64,000 bases of DNA from a virus. Shown piece by piece: positions 39,363-51,200 of this stretch (position 1 is its first letter; every line of letters begins with the position of its first letter). A program made the translations under genes and the position numbers. The stretch is taken from positions 90,506 to 154,505 of the IMG/VR virus record IMGVR_UViG_3300035661_000011; one strand, given 5' to 3'. The notes under the pieces were generated by a model. It was given only the letters and a program-made list of their open reading frames with translations. It was not told where the DNA came from and did not search any database.

Positions 39363-41453
39363 ATGTTAAATAAACTAAGTCCACTTGGAGGAATAACACT
39401 CCCTAAGCCACCACAGATAGGTAATTTGTTAAGTGGTATAAAGATACCTAAAATTCCATTTCTTGGTGACATAACCAAACCGTATCCAACTCCGCCTAAA
39501 GCTAAACAACCAACTAAAACTAAATTTGATAAAACTCCATTTTCAGAAATAAATTTGATAGACCCATTTAAAACATCGGAGCTAGCTATTCTTACTGAGG
39601 ACTTATTAGCAGTTGATAAAATTGGAGATGTGTTAGGTAAGTTTTTACCACCTGAATTAGTTGAGGAGTTATCGTCGTTACAAGATTTTGCTACACATCT
39701 GTTAGACCAAGGTAAAGATATGGTAGGTACAGTTATGGAGTTGGCTGATAAAATACCAAATGGGTTAAATTTATCAGAGCTACTTCGTGATACGCCGATT
39801 ATGTCAGTCATCGAAAACATAGACTCTATTAATGACATAGCCGGTAAACTGGGTATCGATTTATCATCGTTTAGTCAAGATGGTTTAAAGTCAATATTTT
39901 CATTCTTAGATGGCTTTAAAAGTAGTGGTGATTCTACTGCTGGTAATAACGATTCAAATGCAACAACTATATTGTCTAGCTTAGGTTTTACTGTACCTAA
40001 TATAGGCGACATAGCTATGAAGACTGCGGTGGTATCAGGGGCTATTAGTTCCATTGTAGGATATAAGGTAAATATGAATAACACTTATAAAAACTTAGGT
40101 GTTAGTTCTGTGTCCTCAGTAACTGGTGTGACTAATTTACTTTCTTCTAATGGGTTTACACAGTTAGTGAATAACCTTAATGTTATTGGAAAACGTGACA
40201 TTAATAAACTTGCATATATAACTCCACGTTTAAACTTTGTAGGTAATTCCGATTACATTAGGTCTGCCCTTAAGTTACCAGTCGACACCGTAAATTTATT
40301 AACTGGGTTGAATCCAACTAAACTTGACAGTGTGCGCACGTACGCTTCACTCACGCAACAATATGGTGCCACCGCTGTATCTGTATCAACTAAGAACTTA
40401 TCGTGCTACACAGAGGCTAAATTAGCTATTATTCGTGACATATACACTTTAGACCCTACGTTTTCGTTAAACGAAACTATATCCCAATTTGCTACACACA
40501 CAACTTCTGAAATACAACAGTTTCAAACTGAAGTGGCACAAAAAGGTGTTACGCAATATGCGTTAGATAACCCAAATAAATTTACAGCAGAGATAGCGTT
40601 AGTAACGAAATATGGAAATGTAATAGTTGATATTTCATTAACAGCTATAACTAACATAAATCGGGTTGATGGTACACAAAGACTTACTGATTCAGGAATA
40701 GTAATTTTACTCGGAGTAATGGTTAGCGTTGGTGTTCCTACTGCGGTTAAACTATCCAATACATCAGACATTTCACTTAGTCTGACTTTATCTGCGATTG
40801 ACACTTACGGCCCTACACTTTTAACGACTACTCTATCTGAGTTAATTTCCATTGTTACAAATAACACTGATTTAGAAGCCACTATTACAGCCATTGTTAC
40901 AGTGGTGGGTTTAACTGGGAGTTTTTCAGGTTCTCAATTAGAACAAACGTTTACTTCGTTATTAGAAATTACACCAAAGAATCTATCCATTATACAGAAC
41001 AAGCTATCCGTTACTGAGGTTTCAACGATAATTACTATGTACGAGATAGATGGTTTGTCTCTTCAACACTTATTAAAAGAAACTACAAAACAAGCAGCTA
41101 TAGTAGGTGACAAGAAAACTATATTAAATTTAATAGGAACGTATCCAGATATTTTAACCAATGATTATTTAAGGTATCTAGTTGAAACTTTACTTGAACA
41201 TTACACTCTAACTAAAGATGACATCTGTATGGGTACAAAGTTAGCGTCAATAAACTTTGTAAACAGTATAGGTGCAATCTTACCAAATTGGTGGCTTACG
41301 ACTAGAGGATCTGAAATAGTATATAACCACAAACCTTTTATCAATGCTAGCATTGACTCTTTACTTCTATTGCAAGCGGATACGACTTTAGGTGTGGATG
41401 CAATACTCCAATCAGATAACTCTTATGTAATTCCGCCGTACTTATTACATTAA
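39363..41453 (+). CDS. Large hypothetical, probably virion/baseplate protein
   Basis: 696 aa; S/T/L/I-rich; GAGG RBS. Confidence 0.55.
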   Translation: MLNKLSPLGGITLPKPPQIGNLLSGIKIPKIPFLGDITKPYPTPPKAKQPTKTKFDKTPFSEINLIDPFKTSELAILTEDLLAVDKIGDVLGKFLPPELVEELSSLQDFATHLLDQGKDMVGTVMELADKIPNGLNLSELLRDTPIMSVIENIDSINDIAGKLGIDLSSFSQDGLKSIFSFLDGFKSSGDSTAGNNDSNATTILSSLGFTVPNIGDIAMKTAVVSGAISSIVGYKVNMNNTYKNLGVSSVSSVTGVTNLLSSNGFTQLVNNLNVIGKRDINKLAYITPRLNFVGNSDYIRSALKLPVDTVNLLTGLNPTKLDSVRTYASLTQQYGATAVSVSTKNLSCYTEAKLAIIRDIYTLDPTFSLNETISQFATHTTSEIQQFQTEVAQKGVTQYALDNPNKFTAEIALVTKYGNVIVDISLTAITNINRVDGTQRLTDSGIVILLGVMVSVGVPTAVKLSNTSDISLSLTLSAIDTYGPTLLTTTLSELISIVTNNTDLEATITAIVTVVGLTGSFSGSQLEQTFTSLLEITPKNLSIIQNKLSVTEVSTIITMYEIDGLSLQHLLKETTKQAAIVGDKKTILNLIGTYPDILTNDYLRYLVETLLEHYTLTKDDICMGTKLASINFVNSIGAILPNWWLTTRGSEIVYNHKPFINASIDSLLLLQADTTLGVDAILQSDNSYVIPPYLLH

Positions 41454-41463
41454 GGAATTATTT

Positions 41464-42057
41464 ATGTACCCAGAACTTTTTTTATTACTCTTAGCAGGGA
41501 CATTTGTTGTGAATTTATTATTTGGTGGTGGAAACAAAAAAGGTGAGTTTCACGACAACGTCGTGCAGAACTTAGTTAATTTAGTGGAATCGGTTTCACC
41601 AGAAAACAGACCTGGGTTTGTTGCAATTGGTGAGGAGATAATCAAACGCTTTCCAAACTTTACAAAGGCTGTTAACGCTACACTGGTATATCATTCGGTG
41701 TATAGTCGAATTATGACACAATCTTTAGTTGGGATTTCTGAATCTGAAGAAGCTAAGTATTTTATGGGCTTGTATCGCACAGAACCACTTGCACAAACAA
41801 AAGAATTAATATTGTCTATTTTGTATATGAAAGTTCAGATTCAGGTAGCTATGGTTTACTTCTCAATAGGTGAAGATAACTTAGCTATATTTAATGACGT
41901 TTTAGAAACGTATCCTGAAACGCTACCTTTACTACACGTGTATGAGAATGAGCTAATTGATATTTGTAAGTTTTTACATGTGGATGAAGCTACTGATAAA
42001 GTAGTCCCTAAATTAGACCATACGTTTGTACCCCGTCGGGTTGTTATTGTTGAATAG
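41464..42057 (+). CDS. Hypothetical protein with N-terminal TM anchor
   Basis: LFLLLLAGTFVVNLLF. Confidence 0.65.
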   Translation: MYPELFLLLLAGTFVVNLLFGGGNKKGEFHDNVVQNLVNLVESVSPENRPGFVAIGEEIIKRFPNFTKAVNATLVYHSVYSRIMTQSLVGISESEEAKYFMGLYRTEPLAQTKELILSILYMKVQIQVAMVYFSIGEDNLAIFNDVLETYPETLPLLHVYENELIDICKFLHVDEATDKVVPKLDHTFVPRRVVIVE

Positions 42058-42082
42058 TCAAAACTCATTAATTATTCAGGCA

Positions 42083-42092
42083 TACATTATCT
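42083..42092 (+). promoter_or_regulatory. Putative early promoter variant TACATTATCT
   Basis: Followed by the hairpin GATGGTAAA/TTTACCATC (42094-42120). Confidence 0.55.
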
Positions 42093-42145
42093 TGATGGTA
42101 AACTTAAATACTTTACCATCATTTAATTAACTTAGGAGAATAGCT

Positions 42146-42484
42146 ATGGAAAATTTAAACCAATGTATGGCGGCACACGGTAACAAATCTTCACTGAAAA
42201 TAATCGACTCAGTAGTGTCTGGTGGCGGAACCACTACTAAACTCTTAATAGGTAACGTCCCACACGGTAGATCGTGGATAACAGAAGTTCGTAAAGTTGT
42301 CGGCTACGGAAAGTCAACCGTTATAAAAGTCACTAGCAACGGCGCATCTGAATGTATTCTACACGACTCTGTGTTGCACGATATCGGTTTGGAGTGTCGT
42401 TTAATCGATTGGGCTAAAGCTGCACTAGCAGTACAAATGAGAAACAACCCGGATATATCGGAGATTGTAGCAGTGGTTGCATAA
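42146..42484 (+). CDS. Hypothetical early protein
   Basis: AGGAG RBS. Confidence 0.7.
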   Translation: MENLNQCMAAHGNKSSLKIIDSVVSGGGTTTKLLIGNVPHGRSWITEVRKVVGYGKSTVIKVTSNGASECILHDSVLHDIGLECRLIDWAKAALAVQMRNNPDISEIVAVVA

Positions 42485-42581
42485 AAGTTTTATGTGGTAA
42501 ACCTCCGAGGGCGCCTCTGCCTAACAGGGGCTAATTCCTTTAACTGGAATTAATGTACGGAGTTTACACAATTATTTTAGT

Positions 42582-42613
42582 GTACCATATCGAGGTTAAC
42601 CTCGATATGGTAC
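42582..42613. terminator. Perfect 32-bp palindrome
   Basis: GTACCATATCGAGGTTAACCTCGATATGGTAC plus T-tract. Confidence 0.7.
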
Positions 42614-42936
42614 TATATATTTTATTTTTTTTTTACACCTTGGTGCATAATAATATTCGTAGGAGATAGTCATGTTAGACCAGATAGTAAACGATGATAT
42701 TTTGGAAGATGACCTTAAAGAATACCCAAGCGGATTACTTTAAACAAATACAAACTAATCTTGATTGGAATATTGGATACTCACAGTTCGTGTTAATTTG
42801 CAGTTCTATCGAAGCAGCAGAAGTATTTGTTCATCAGTTCCCTGGAGCAATGCTTTATGGTGGAACCGATAACGGTAAATCAACTCACCCTCGTAATACT
42901 TTTAAAGAACGATTTAAAAAAAGAAATTGATAAGTA

Positions 42937-42970
42937 GTGTACAGGTGGAGCAAAGGCTCCACCTGTACAC
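42937..42970. terminator. Terminator hairpin between convergent genes
   Basis: GTGTACAGGTGGAGC-AAAG-GCTCCACCTGTACAC plus T-tract. Confidence 0.7.
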
Positions 42971-42981
42971 ATTATTTTTTT

Positions 42982-45159
42982 TTATAATGAGGCGCTCTGT
43001 TTATAAAATATTGCTGAGTTTAATTGACCTAATTGACTAGAGCTAATTGTTGACAGTAGGTGATTCATTGAAAAGAACGTATTCATATTAGCTTTTGTTT
43101 TAGCTGTTCGTATACGCCATCTATTCGTAGCATAATACTGCTCACTTAAACCAACAGACGCCCACACTGCCATTAAGTCAGTGAATGCTGTATCCTCATC
43201 AAACATAGATATAGGTTTATCAATTAACGCATTTGAAAATACGTCCATTGCAGAAAAATCTGCACCTATGGGAATATGTACCATTTTTGACATATCTGTT
43301 ATGGTGACGTGTAAATCTACAGCTATAGGGTTCCCATAAGCATTCCACCCTACATTACCTGCGCCTCTAGTAATAGACAACGATGTAACCAAACCAGATG
43401 CACACTGTGCATAACCCTTTTGCCAACACTTAACGTAGTATGGACTGGTATATGAGTTTCTACCAGCTGAACGTGGTGCGGCTAATGCTAACCACATAGC
43501 CATTGGAAAATATATATTTTGCAATAGAGCAACTGGATGACCAGACCAAGAACGTAATGGAATCGTATACGACATACTGGGCAATGTTACAGATGACGAA
43601 TCCCAAAATTCAGGAATGTCTACAAATGCTTTACCACCTAACATAGCTAAGCCAGACATACCCACTGCGTTAGCTGCACCAGATATAACTATTGAAGCAA
43701 CACCAAGAAGTGTTTCCACTACACTAGGTAATATGCCGTCACCTAAGTTACCGTTAGCTGTGTTGAATAACATTTCTCTACCGGCTCTAGCTCGAGAGTT
43801 CATCTTAGCAGCTAAATCAGATTCTTTGGGTGTATTACTAAATGACTCCTGAGCATGTCTTTCGTAATCAATTGCAAAATTTACAAACTGCCCACCGTCT
43901 CTTTGTTCTGATTGCCAGAATTCTTTTTTCTCTTGCCAGTAATCAAATACACTGGTTGATAATTTATAACCGTCGCTAGTAACACCGGTGGTAGCTGCCG
44001 CTTGCGAATTTATAGATGTGGAATCTACTGTCACTGTGTCTGCTTTTTTATTTGGAGCAGATTGTGGAGACACTGCGTCCATAAGCTTATCTATCAAATG
44101 TAAATCTGCTGACTTACCACTTTCTCTATACCCATCTATAAGTGATTTTAAAGTAGGGTATGCTAACGCGACTGTTCCGACTGGACCCGCTAACCCAGTT
44201 TTAAAATACTCTACCATATCCGAAGCTACATCTTCCCACTCTGGAGCGTCACCTCTAGTCCTTTCAGTAATACCTTGTAACTTCTTTTGATGTGCTATAG
44301 CTAAACGTTCATATCTGTTTGCAACTACTCTAACATCTATCCCTCCTCCATCTGCTAAGTATATATCTGGTAAAATTCTACCTAGTTCCTTTAGTACATC
44401 GTTTTTTGTTAGTGACTCTTCTACAGTGGTTGGTCCAGTACCCTTTCTTTTTAAATCGCCCTCTGCTACACCACCCTGTAATTTTAGGTTCACCACTAAA
44501 GCATTAATAATGTTTTGAACTGTACTCCAATACATTGTCATTTGTGGACTTATATAGTAAAATTTACTAAGTGGTCTGTTTTGTAAATCCGCAAATGCTT
44601 TTCTACCTGTACTAAATCCAACTGACAATAATGAAAATATAGGGCATAACGCCCACACTGTCACTGAACCTACGGTAGAAAGTAAAGTAACAGCCATCGC
44701 ATCTATTAAAGACCCAGTGTTAGCTAAAATAGCTTGTCCAGGGTCGTAGAATGAACTCATAAAGTTTCCAATAGAGTTAAACTGTGGTATACCTACTTGG
44801 ATTGTAATGTACTGCTGATGTTGATTTATCTTTTCAGCATACCATCTACCCATACCAAATGTCTGTGCAGGGTTTAGTTTATCAGTTGAGCTTCCAGTGA
44901 CAGATAAATCAGTCTTTACGGAAGCTATTAACGATTTCACTTTAGGGTCTGAAAGCCTACACGGTTGTGGTTTTGGGTTCATGAACCTACCACCACCTAA
45001 CGCTGTATCTTCAAACATTAATTGTCCTATGCTAAATCTACCGTCATTATCTCTAGCATTTGCTTGTATATGGGTGCGATGTGGCGTAAATAAAGCTTGC
45101 CGCACCCAGTCATTATCTTTTAATTTATCTAGCGATGAGCCAGAGGTAAGTGTAGCCAT
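42982..45159 (-). CDS. Virion tail/baseplate hub protein (phiKZ gp182-like)
   Basis: FEDT.LGG...MNP.PQ, GMGRWY.E.I, ESFSN, D.PEFW.SS and SITRG.GN.GW motifs; follows the gp181-like gene; likely ATG at 45159. Confidence 0.7.
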   Translation of the reverse strand: MATLTSGSSLDKLKDNDWVRQALFTPHRTHIQANARDNDGRFSIGQLMFEDTALGGGRFMNPKPQPCRLSDPKVKSLIASVKTDLSVTGSSTDKLNPAQTFGMGRWYAEKINQHQQYITIQVGIPQFNSIGNFMSSFYDPGQAILANTGSLIDAMAVTLLSTVGSVTVWALCPIFSLLSVGFSTGRKAFADLQNRPLSKFYYISPQMTMYWSTVQNIINALVVNLKLQGGVAEGDLKRKGTGPTTVEESLTKNDVLKELGRILPDIYLADGGGIDVRVVANRYERLAIAHQKKLQGITERTRGDAPEWEDVASDMVEYFKTGLAGPVGTVALAYPTLKSLIDGYRESGKSADLHLIDKLMDAVSPQSAPNKKADTVTVDSTSINSQAAATTGVTSDGYKLSTSVFDYWQEKKEFWQSEQRDGGQFVNFAIDYERHAQESFSNTPKESDLAAKMNSRARAGREMLFNTANGNLGDGILPSVVETLLGVASIVISGAANAVGMSGLAMLGGKAFVDIPEFWDSSSVTLPSMSYTIPLRSWSGHPVALLQNIYFPMAMWLALAAPRSAGRNSYTSPYYVKCWQKGYAQCASGLVTSLSITRGAGNVGWNAYGNPIAVDLHVTITDMSKMVHIPIGADFSAMDVFSNALIDKPISMFDEDTAFTDLMAVWASVGLSEQYYATNRWRIRTAKTKANMNTFFSMNHLLSTISSSQLGQLNSAIFYKQSASL

Positions 45160-45217
45160 AATAGTGTCCCCTAGGATATAGTGAATGTACACACTATATC
45201 CTAGGGGGAGGTTGGTA

Positions 45218-48200
45218 TTACATTGACATATCCACCATTGGCGTAACTGGTTTAGTTGTCGATTGATAAGGTGATTTTGGTTGAAGTGTATTACGCGCGG
45301 CTTCCGCCATAGCTTCACCAGGGGTAGCTGAATTCTTCACCATTAACTGTAATGTGTTATTAATAGACTCCAGGGTTTGTTGTTGCATAGTACGTTGTTT
45401 CTCAGCGGTAGTTGCTGTGGATTCAACTACAGAAGCTACATCTGGTCCAGATGGTGTAGCTGGTGTCATAATAGGTTGGGTTTTAATACCTAACAAATTA
45501 TTTTCTGCACTAGTTACATCAGAACTTATCATTGGTGATGCAGTTCCACCTATTGCTCCAACGTTACTAACTGGTGTAGTTGCGGCTGTTTCTGTCTGTG
45601 TAGACGGAGTGGTGTTAGCGGTAGATGTTGCAGACATAGCTCCAATCGGCTGTGCTCCACCAGAACTAGAATCATCCATAGAAAAAGATTTCATTGGTGA
45701 CGTTTGTGTTGTAGATGTGGCGGCCTGTTGTGAACTCGATGTGTCCGTTGGAGATTGTACGCTTGTCGTAGACGTTGTATCTGAAATAGATTTTTCATTA
45801 GGGACCACAAACCCGGCTGGTGCACTAGCTCCATTTAAACTAGATAACTGAAAATGCATACCATCTGGTTTTGACCAGTTGCCACCCCAATCGAAGCCTG
45901 AGTCTGTAAAACATGCCACTAACTCATGTGACATAGTGGGAGGTGCACCAAACCCATTAGTAGCTGCATTAATATCAAGTGCAATGCCCCAACTATGTAA
46001 CGACATGGTGTTTCCACCTCTTTTCTTACGAATACATAAGCACCCATCAAATGTCTTTATTTGGTTAGTTAGATTTCTACTAATGATATTTTTAAATGCC
46101 TGAGATAACGGTCCTACTAGGTCCTTATTACACTCTAAGCTATTTGGAAACGGTTTAATACGTAAGTCACTAGGTATATTCCAGTTAATAATATTGTTTT
46201 TAGCATTGGGGTCCCCATACTTTTTATCACAATCACTAGATGTTACACCCTTGCCATTACCACCTTTAACGTAATTACCTAAAGCGCTTACAAAGTTTTT
46301 ACTTCCATTAGCACCGTTATATGAATCGAACAACCCATTAGCTAGCTTTGCCCTATTCCTAGCAGCTTCCTCGATAGCAGCTGGGCGTTCATAAAGTTTC
46401 GATACAACTGCACCAGCGTCACTAGCTGTAGTGGTTTCAGATAATTTATCACCTGCTCCTTTTTCTGTATTCTTCAGTTCCCAGTCTACAAATCGAATTT
46501 GTTCTTCTAATGTAGACCCATGTATATCTTTGCCTATAAATTTCCTAAAGTTTTCTTGTCTGTCACTATGCCATTGTCCTATGCCGTAGGCGTTTCCTCC
46601 ATCACCTTTAGAATCTGGATTAAATTGACTTTCCTCTTTTAAATTTGCAGTAATACCAGCTGCTTGTTCCTTACTCCATCCCAACTTCATAAACGATGAA
46701 ATAACAAAGTCCGACTTCTCAGTATCAGCCCCGCCTCCAAACCCATCACCTACAATGTTTTTAACAGTGTCAATAACAGAACTTCCAGCGTTAGCTACAT
46801 TTTCAATCCCACGACTTGTTTTATCACGAAGCCAATCTATACCACTTCCAACTGAACTGGCGGCGTCAGATATAATACCTTTTGCTTTATCAATGATAGA
46901 TGGGTCTTTTGCTTTATCTTCAATATCTTTTTGTTTAGCCTCCTCAGCTAATTTGGCTGCTTGACCCTGTATATCTTTAGGGTCTTTAATATCTTCAGTA
47001 TTTCCTAATATATCGTATTTGATTTTACTAGGGTCTCTTAGTTGATTAGATAGCGTATCAGCTAACCCAATGTTATCTGTTAACGGAATGTTACTAAATG
47101 GTGATGACTGAACTGAAAATGGATCTAGTCCCATCTTTCGAGCATCTCCATCAAATTGGACTAAGTTAACAAATTCAGACTGTGCTTTAAGGTTGGGTAA
47201 CTCATCCACTTTATCTAATTTGCGTTTCCACTTTCTTGCTGCTAGAGTGTGTTTAACATACACCGGTACAAACCGTTTCATAAACCAGACACTAAAACTC
47301 TTTTTAGCATTAGTGTCAGCTGGGTTGTTATTAAACACTCTCCCATAGTCATTCCAGATGTCATCTATTGACGAACCTATGTTTGGCGGTTTGTTATCTG
47401 GAATCGAGATTATGTCTAACATTTCGCTTTCAAAATAACGCAGTGTTTTAACTGCTTTTTCATTGTCGATAGGTATACCGTATTGTAAATATCGCAATTT
47501 CTCTAATGATGATAATGTCGATTTATACTTAGCATTTACATACTTATCTTTCATGTTGTCGAAAGTGGACGGCATAGCAGACTCACCGATTAACTCAGCT
47601 TCTCTACCCTCAGCTTTCATACGTCTAGCGTGAACGTCATCAAACGCTGATTTCATCAACGCTAAACCTCCACCTAATGCTAACAGTGGGGCGGCTACAG
47701 CCATAGCACCTGCCCCACCAGCGGCACCTACACCTTCCACAGCTAAACCTGTTTCAGCAGCAGTTCCCCCAAACCCTAGGTAACCAAGTGCACCTTTTAT
47801 AGCGGCTAATCCACCAGCGCCATATCCGCCCCACTTAGCCATAGTGTCCATCGTACCACCACTTTCTTTTTCTTCATCCTCAGGTTCATCGTGTCCAGGT
47901 GGCATGACACTAGGTGCACCACCTGCAATTAGACCTGCACCTGCTGCTGAAGCTCCTACTCCAGTGGCAGCAGGTTTACCCTTACTACCACGTTCAGCCG
48001 GCAATATAAGTCCACCACCAGGCTTGTGTCGCATTTGGTCCATAGCTCCACCAGGTCTATTAGCTTCTCTGGTTTCACTATCTTCCACAGGCATAGCTTC
48101 TTTTAAAAAGTCGTAGATTTTAGTAAGTAACTCTTCAACCTTATTATCTTTGTTAGCCATCGTATCAGCTAACTTATCAATTACAGCAGAAGCAATACCC

Positions 48201-51200
48201 TGCACTGGAGTTTTTAATTTAGTTAACTTCTGCCAAACTCCACTACCTGTGATTCCCTTAATGCCCTTTCCAACTAGCCCAGTGATTTTACTCATAGCTA
48301 ACTTAGATAGTCTTTTAAGTTTAATCTTCTTACCAGTAATACAATCGTATAAACCATTCTTAACATCCAGGTCACTAAGTACCTCAATCATATCAGTTCC
48401 AACAATTTCTTTAACTGAACCAATAATTTGATAAATTGAATTAATTACCTTACCTGTATGGCCATCTACATAAAGTCCAAGTTTCATAGTCTCAGCTTTA
48501 ATTATTGGGTCACCACCTACATGTGTAGTTAAGTCTTTCTGAACATGGGTTTTAGTCCACATCTTTTTTAACCTTGCGGCAGGTGAAGAATCAGTTAACC
48601 ATTTTTTAGCTTTCATTGCTCTAGCTAAGTTTTCTTTAGTAAAAACTTTTTTAAGGTTTCCTTTAGTTAAAAGTTTTTTCAGTTTCATCGCTTGGTCTTT
48701 AACACTTTCAGAAAAGGGTTTTCCCTCTTCATCAACAAGACCATCTAAAAACTCCTTAGTGGTAATTACAGTTTCACCATACTTATTAACTACGGCACCT
48801 GTGATATCTTTAGCTGAAGTAATCACCGCCCCAGTAAGCTTATCAATATACTCACCATGCAACAACCCTTCTATCCCTAACGCTGGTACACCACGTTTAC
48901 CTTTAGTGTACACAGCTTTGAGCGATCTAAATAAACCACCTTTTTTATCTTTATTCATGTAGGTGTGTATACCTAAAGCACCTAATGCTAAAGTACCCGC
49001 TCCACCAGCATGCATAGCTAATGCTCCACCAGCTGCCATTAAAGCTAAATGACCATGCTTCTTTAAGAGTTTTTTCCCTCCATCCAAAACACCATGTTCT
49101 CCTAAGTAATCTTTAGCACGAGTAAATACACTAGATACCTTTCCACCAACCCATTTCGCACCAGGTAAAGCACCTTCTATTGCAGCAAACTTACCGCCAC
49201 TTAAAGCTAATCTAACAGCTTTCATTCCGTAGATACCAGCCAACTTAGCAACGCTAAAACCTTTCTTACTAAGGATAACTATTTGCTCACCAACACTTTT
49301 AAGTTGTGGTCCATCTGGAGTATGGTTATAAAGGAATTTACCAAACTTACCAGTTACACTTAAAGCACCCTTTCCTACTGTGAGTACACCTTTAGCACCT
49401 GACAATGCTTTATCAGCACCCCATTTAATAGCACCTTTAGCACTGTCAATTTTATCACGGTGTTTATCATAGAGTGGTTGAATAGGGCCAAATGCACTAC
49501 TATCACCCACACTTTCAATACTTTCCACACCGATAGCTATACGTTCTAAATACTCTTTTACCAAAGTAGTGTTATTCGTAATAGCCTCAATGATTCTATT
49601 CGAATCATCTTTAAAATCCACTTTTATTTCTGTAGGCATACCACCCGACATTCCGAGGGATGGACTATCATCGGAAGAAGAAAGCATACCCATTAACCGT
49701 TGTGTTAGACTATCGGATTCTACAGTTTTCTTTTTCTTACCTTTCTTACCACGATTCATGTTAGCAAGAACTTCTAATATCTCAGCCTTTGTAGGAGCTA
49801 CGTTTTCGTAGTCTTTATAAAAGTCCTCTCGGTTTTTACTTCTGAGTAATTTATCGGTCATTCCCCACTTGTATTCTGAGTTAGCACCTTTATCATTAAC
49901 CACACCTAAATCAAATAGATCTTCTGTTTCACCTAGGTTGTGTTTAGACCCAAGTACAGAATCCATATTAGTAAAACTACGACCTAAATTACCAAACGCA
50001 GTTGCAGCTTTTGTATGTCTATCCGTAGATTCTGGTGAGTCTATCACTTTAAATTTACGTCTACCAAAATCATCTAAATCTTCGGTTTCCTCAATACCAA
50101 ATGCTTTTCGAATCATTGGTGCAACGCGTTCAGCTATTTCAGCAGGTAACTCCATTTCATCGGAATATTTCTTAACAGAAAATGCAGAACTTTTATCTGC
50201 TTCTTTAGCCATAAATAAACCAAGGATATGTTTTTCTTCGTCAGTCAATGTGCCATCGTCTATATGGCCAACTAACTTACTAGTTTCATCTTTAATTGAA
50301 CCTGCATTTAACGTTTGCTTTAACTGGAGCTTTGTACGTTTAATTCTTTCTTTGTGGGTAATAAATCTTTCGGCATCTACACTATAAACAATTCTATCAG
50401 CCCTATCTGGGTTTCCTGTAAGTATGTTGTAAATGCTGTCTTGTGTTTGTAATTGTCTACTCATGTAACCGGGTATGATATCAATCAACGTTCTTCTTGA
50501 TAAAGCATCCCAACTGGTTTGTTCATGTGCTTCGTTGGCTAAGTCGTGTTTAATTATATCTGTTGTACCAGATCCTTCATCATTCATAATTCGATGTCCA
50601 ACACCACGCCACCCCTGACCATTACCCTCACGTAGATAATCCATTATCATAGCCGGCCACTGCTGTTGAATTCTGGCAGCTTTATTACCGAGACTAATAA
50701 CGCCATTATTAAAACCTGGTGCGTGATGGTCAATGGCGTTACGTACTTTTGTACCCCATATATTACCGGCTAATCTACCAGCGCCACCCATTAATTCCTC
50801 GCCTAAACCAGAACTCAACATAGTAGTGGTGTCGCCCATTCCAGAACTCATGCTACCAAATGTCTCAGCTGTATTTAACGCGTTACCCACACCACCTAAA
50901 AAATCTTGTATTTCAGACATTGCACCTTTACGAAATTTGTGCAAGAACGCACTAGCTCCACCGTGAAATTTCTCCTGAACTTTACCAATTAGTAAATGTT
51001 TAGTTCTATTTTGTAAAATTTCAGAGTCAGTTACTTTTACCTCATTTGGTAAACTTGTAAACTTAGCAATGGCACGAAGTTCTTCAATTGAAGCTTTAGC
51101 AGTTTCAACTGTAACATTTAATAATGACTTTAAAGAATAATGTTGTCTATACTGGAGCTCTAATGATTTTTTATGATATGCATTTAAAACGGAGTCTTGA

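Noticed and set aside
42493-42535. Resemblance to a c-di-GMP-I riboswitch (GGTAAAC...GCCTC.G.CTAA)
   Set aside because: It lacks the GNRA tetraloop/receptor and GCAAA junction, and lies in a 3' position before a terminator.
45160-45318. N-terminal extension of the gp182-like ORF overlapping the gp181-like gene
   Set aside because: An ATG at 45159 with a GGGG RBS-like sequence is a more plausible start.
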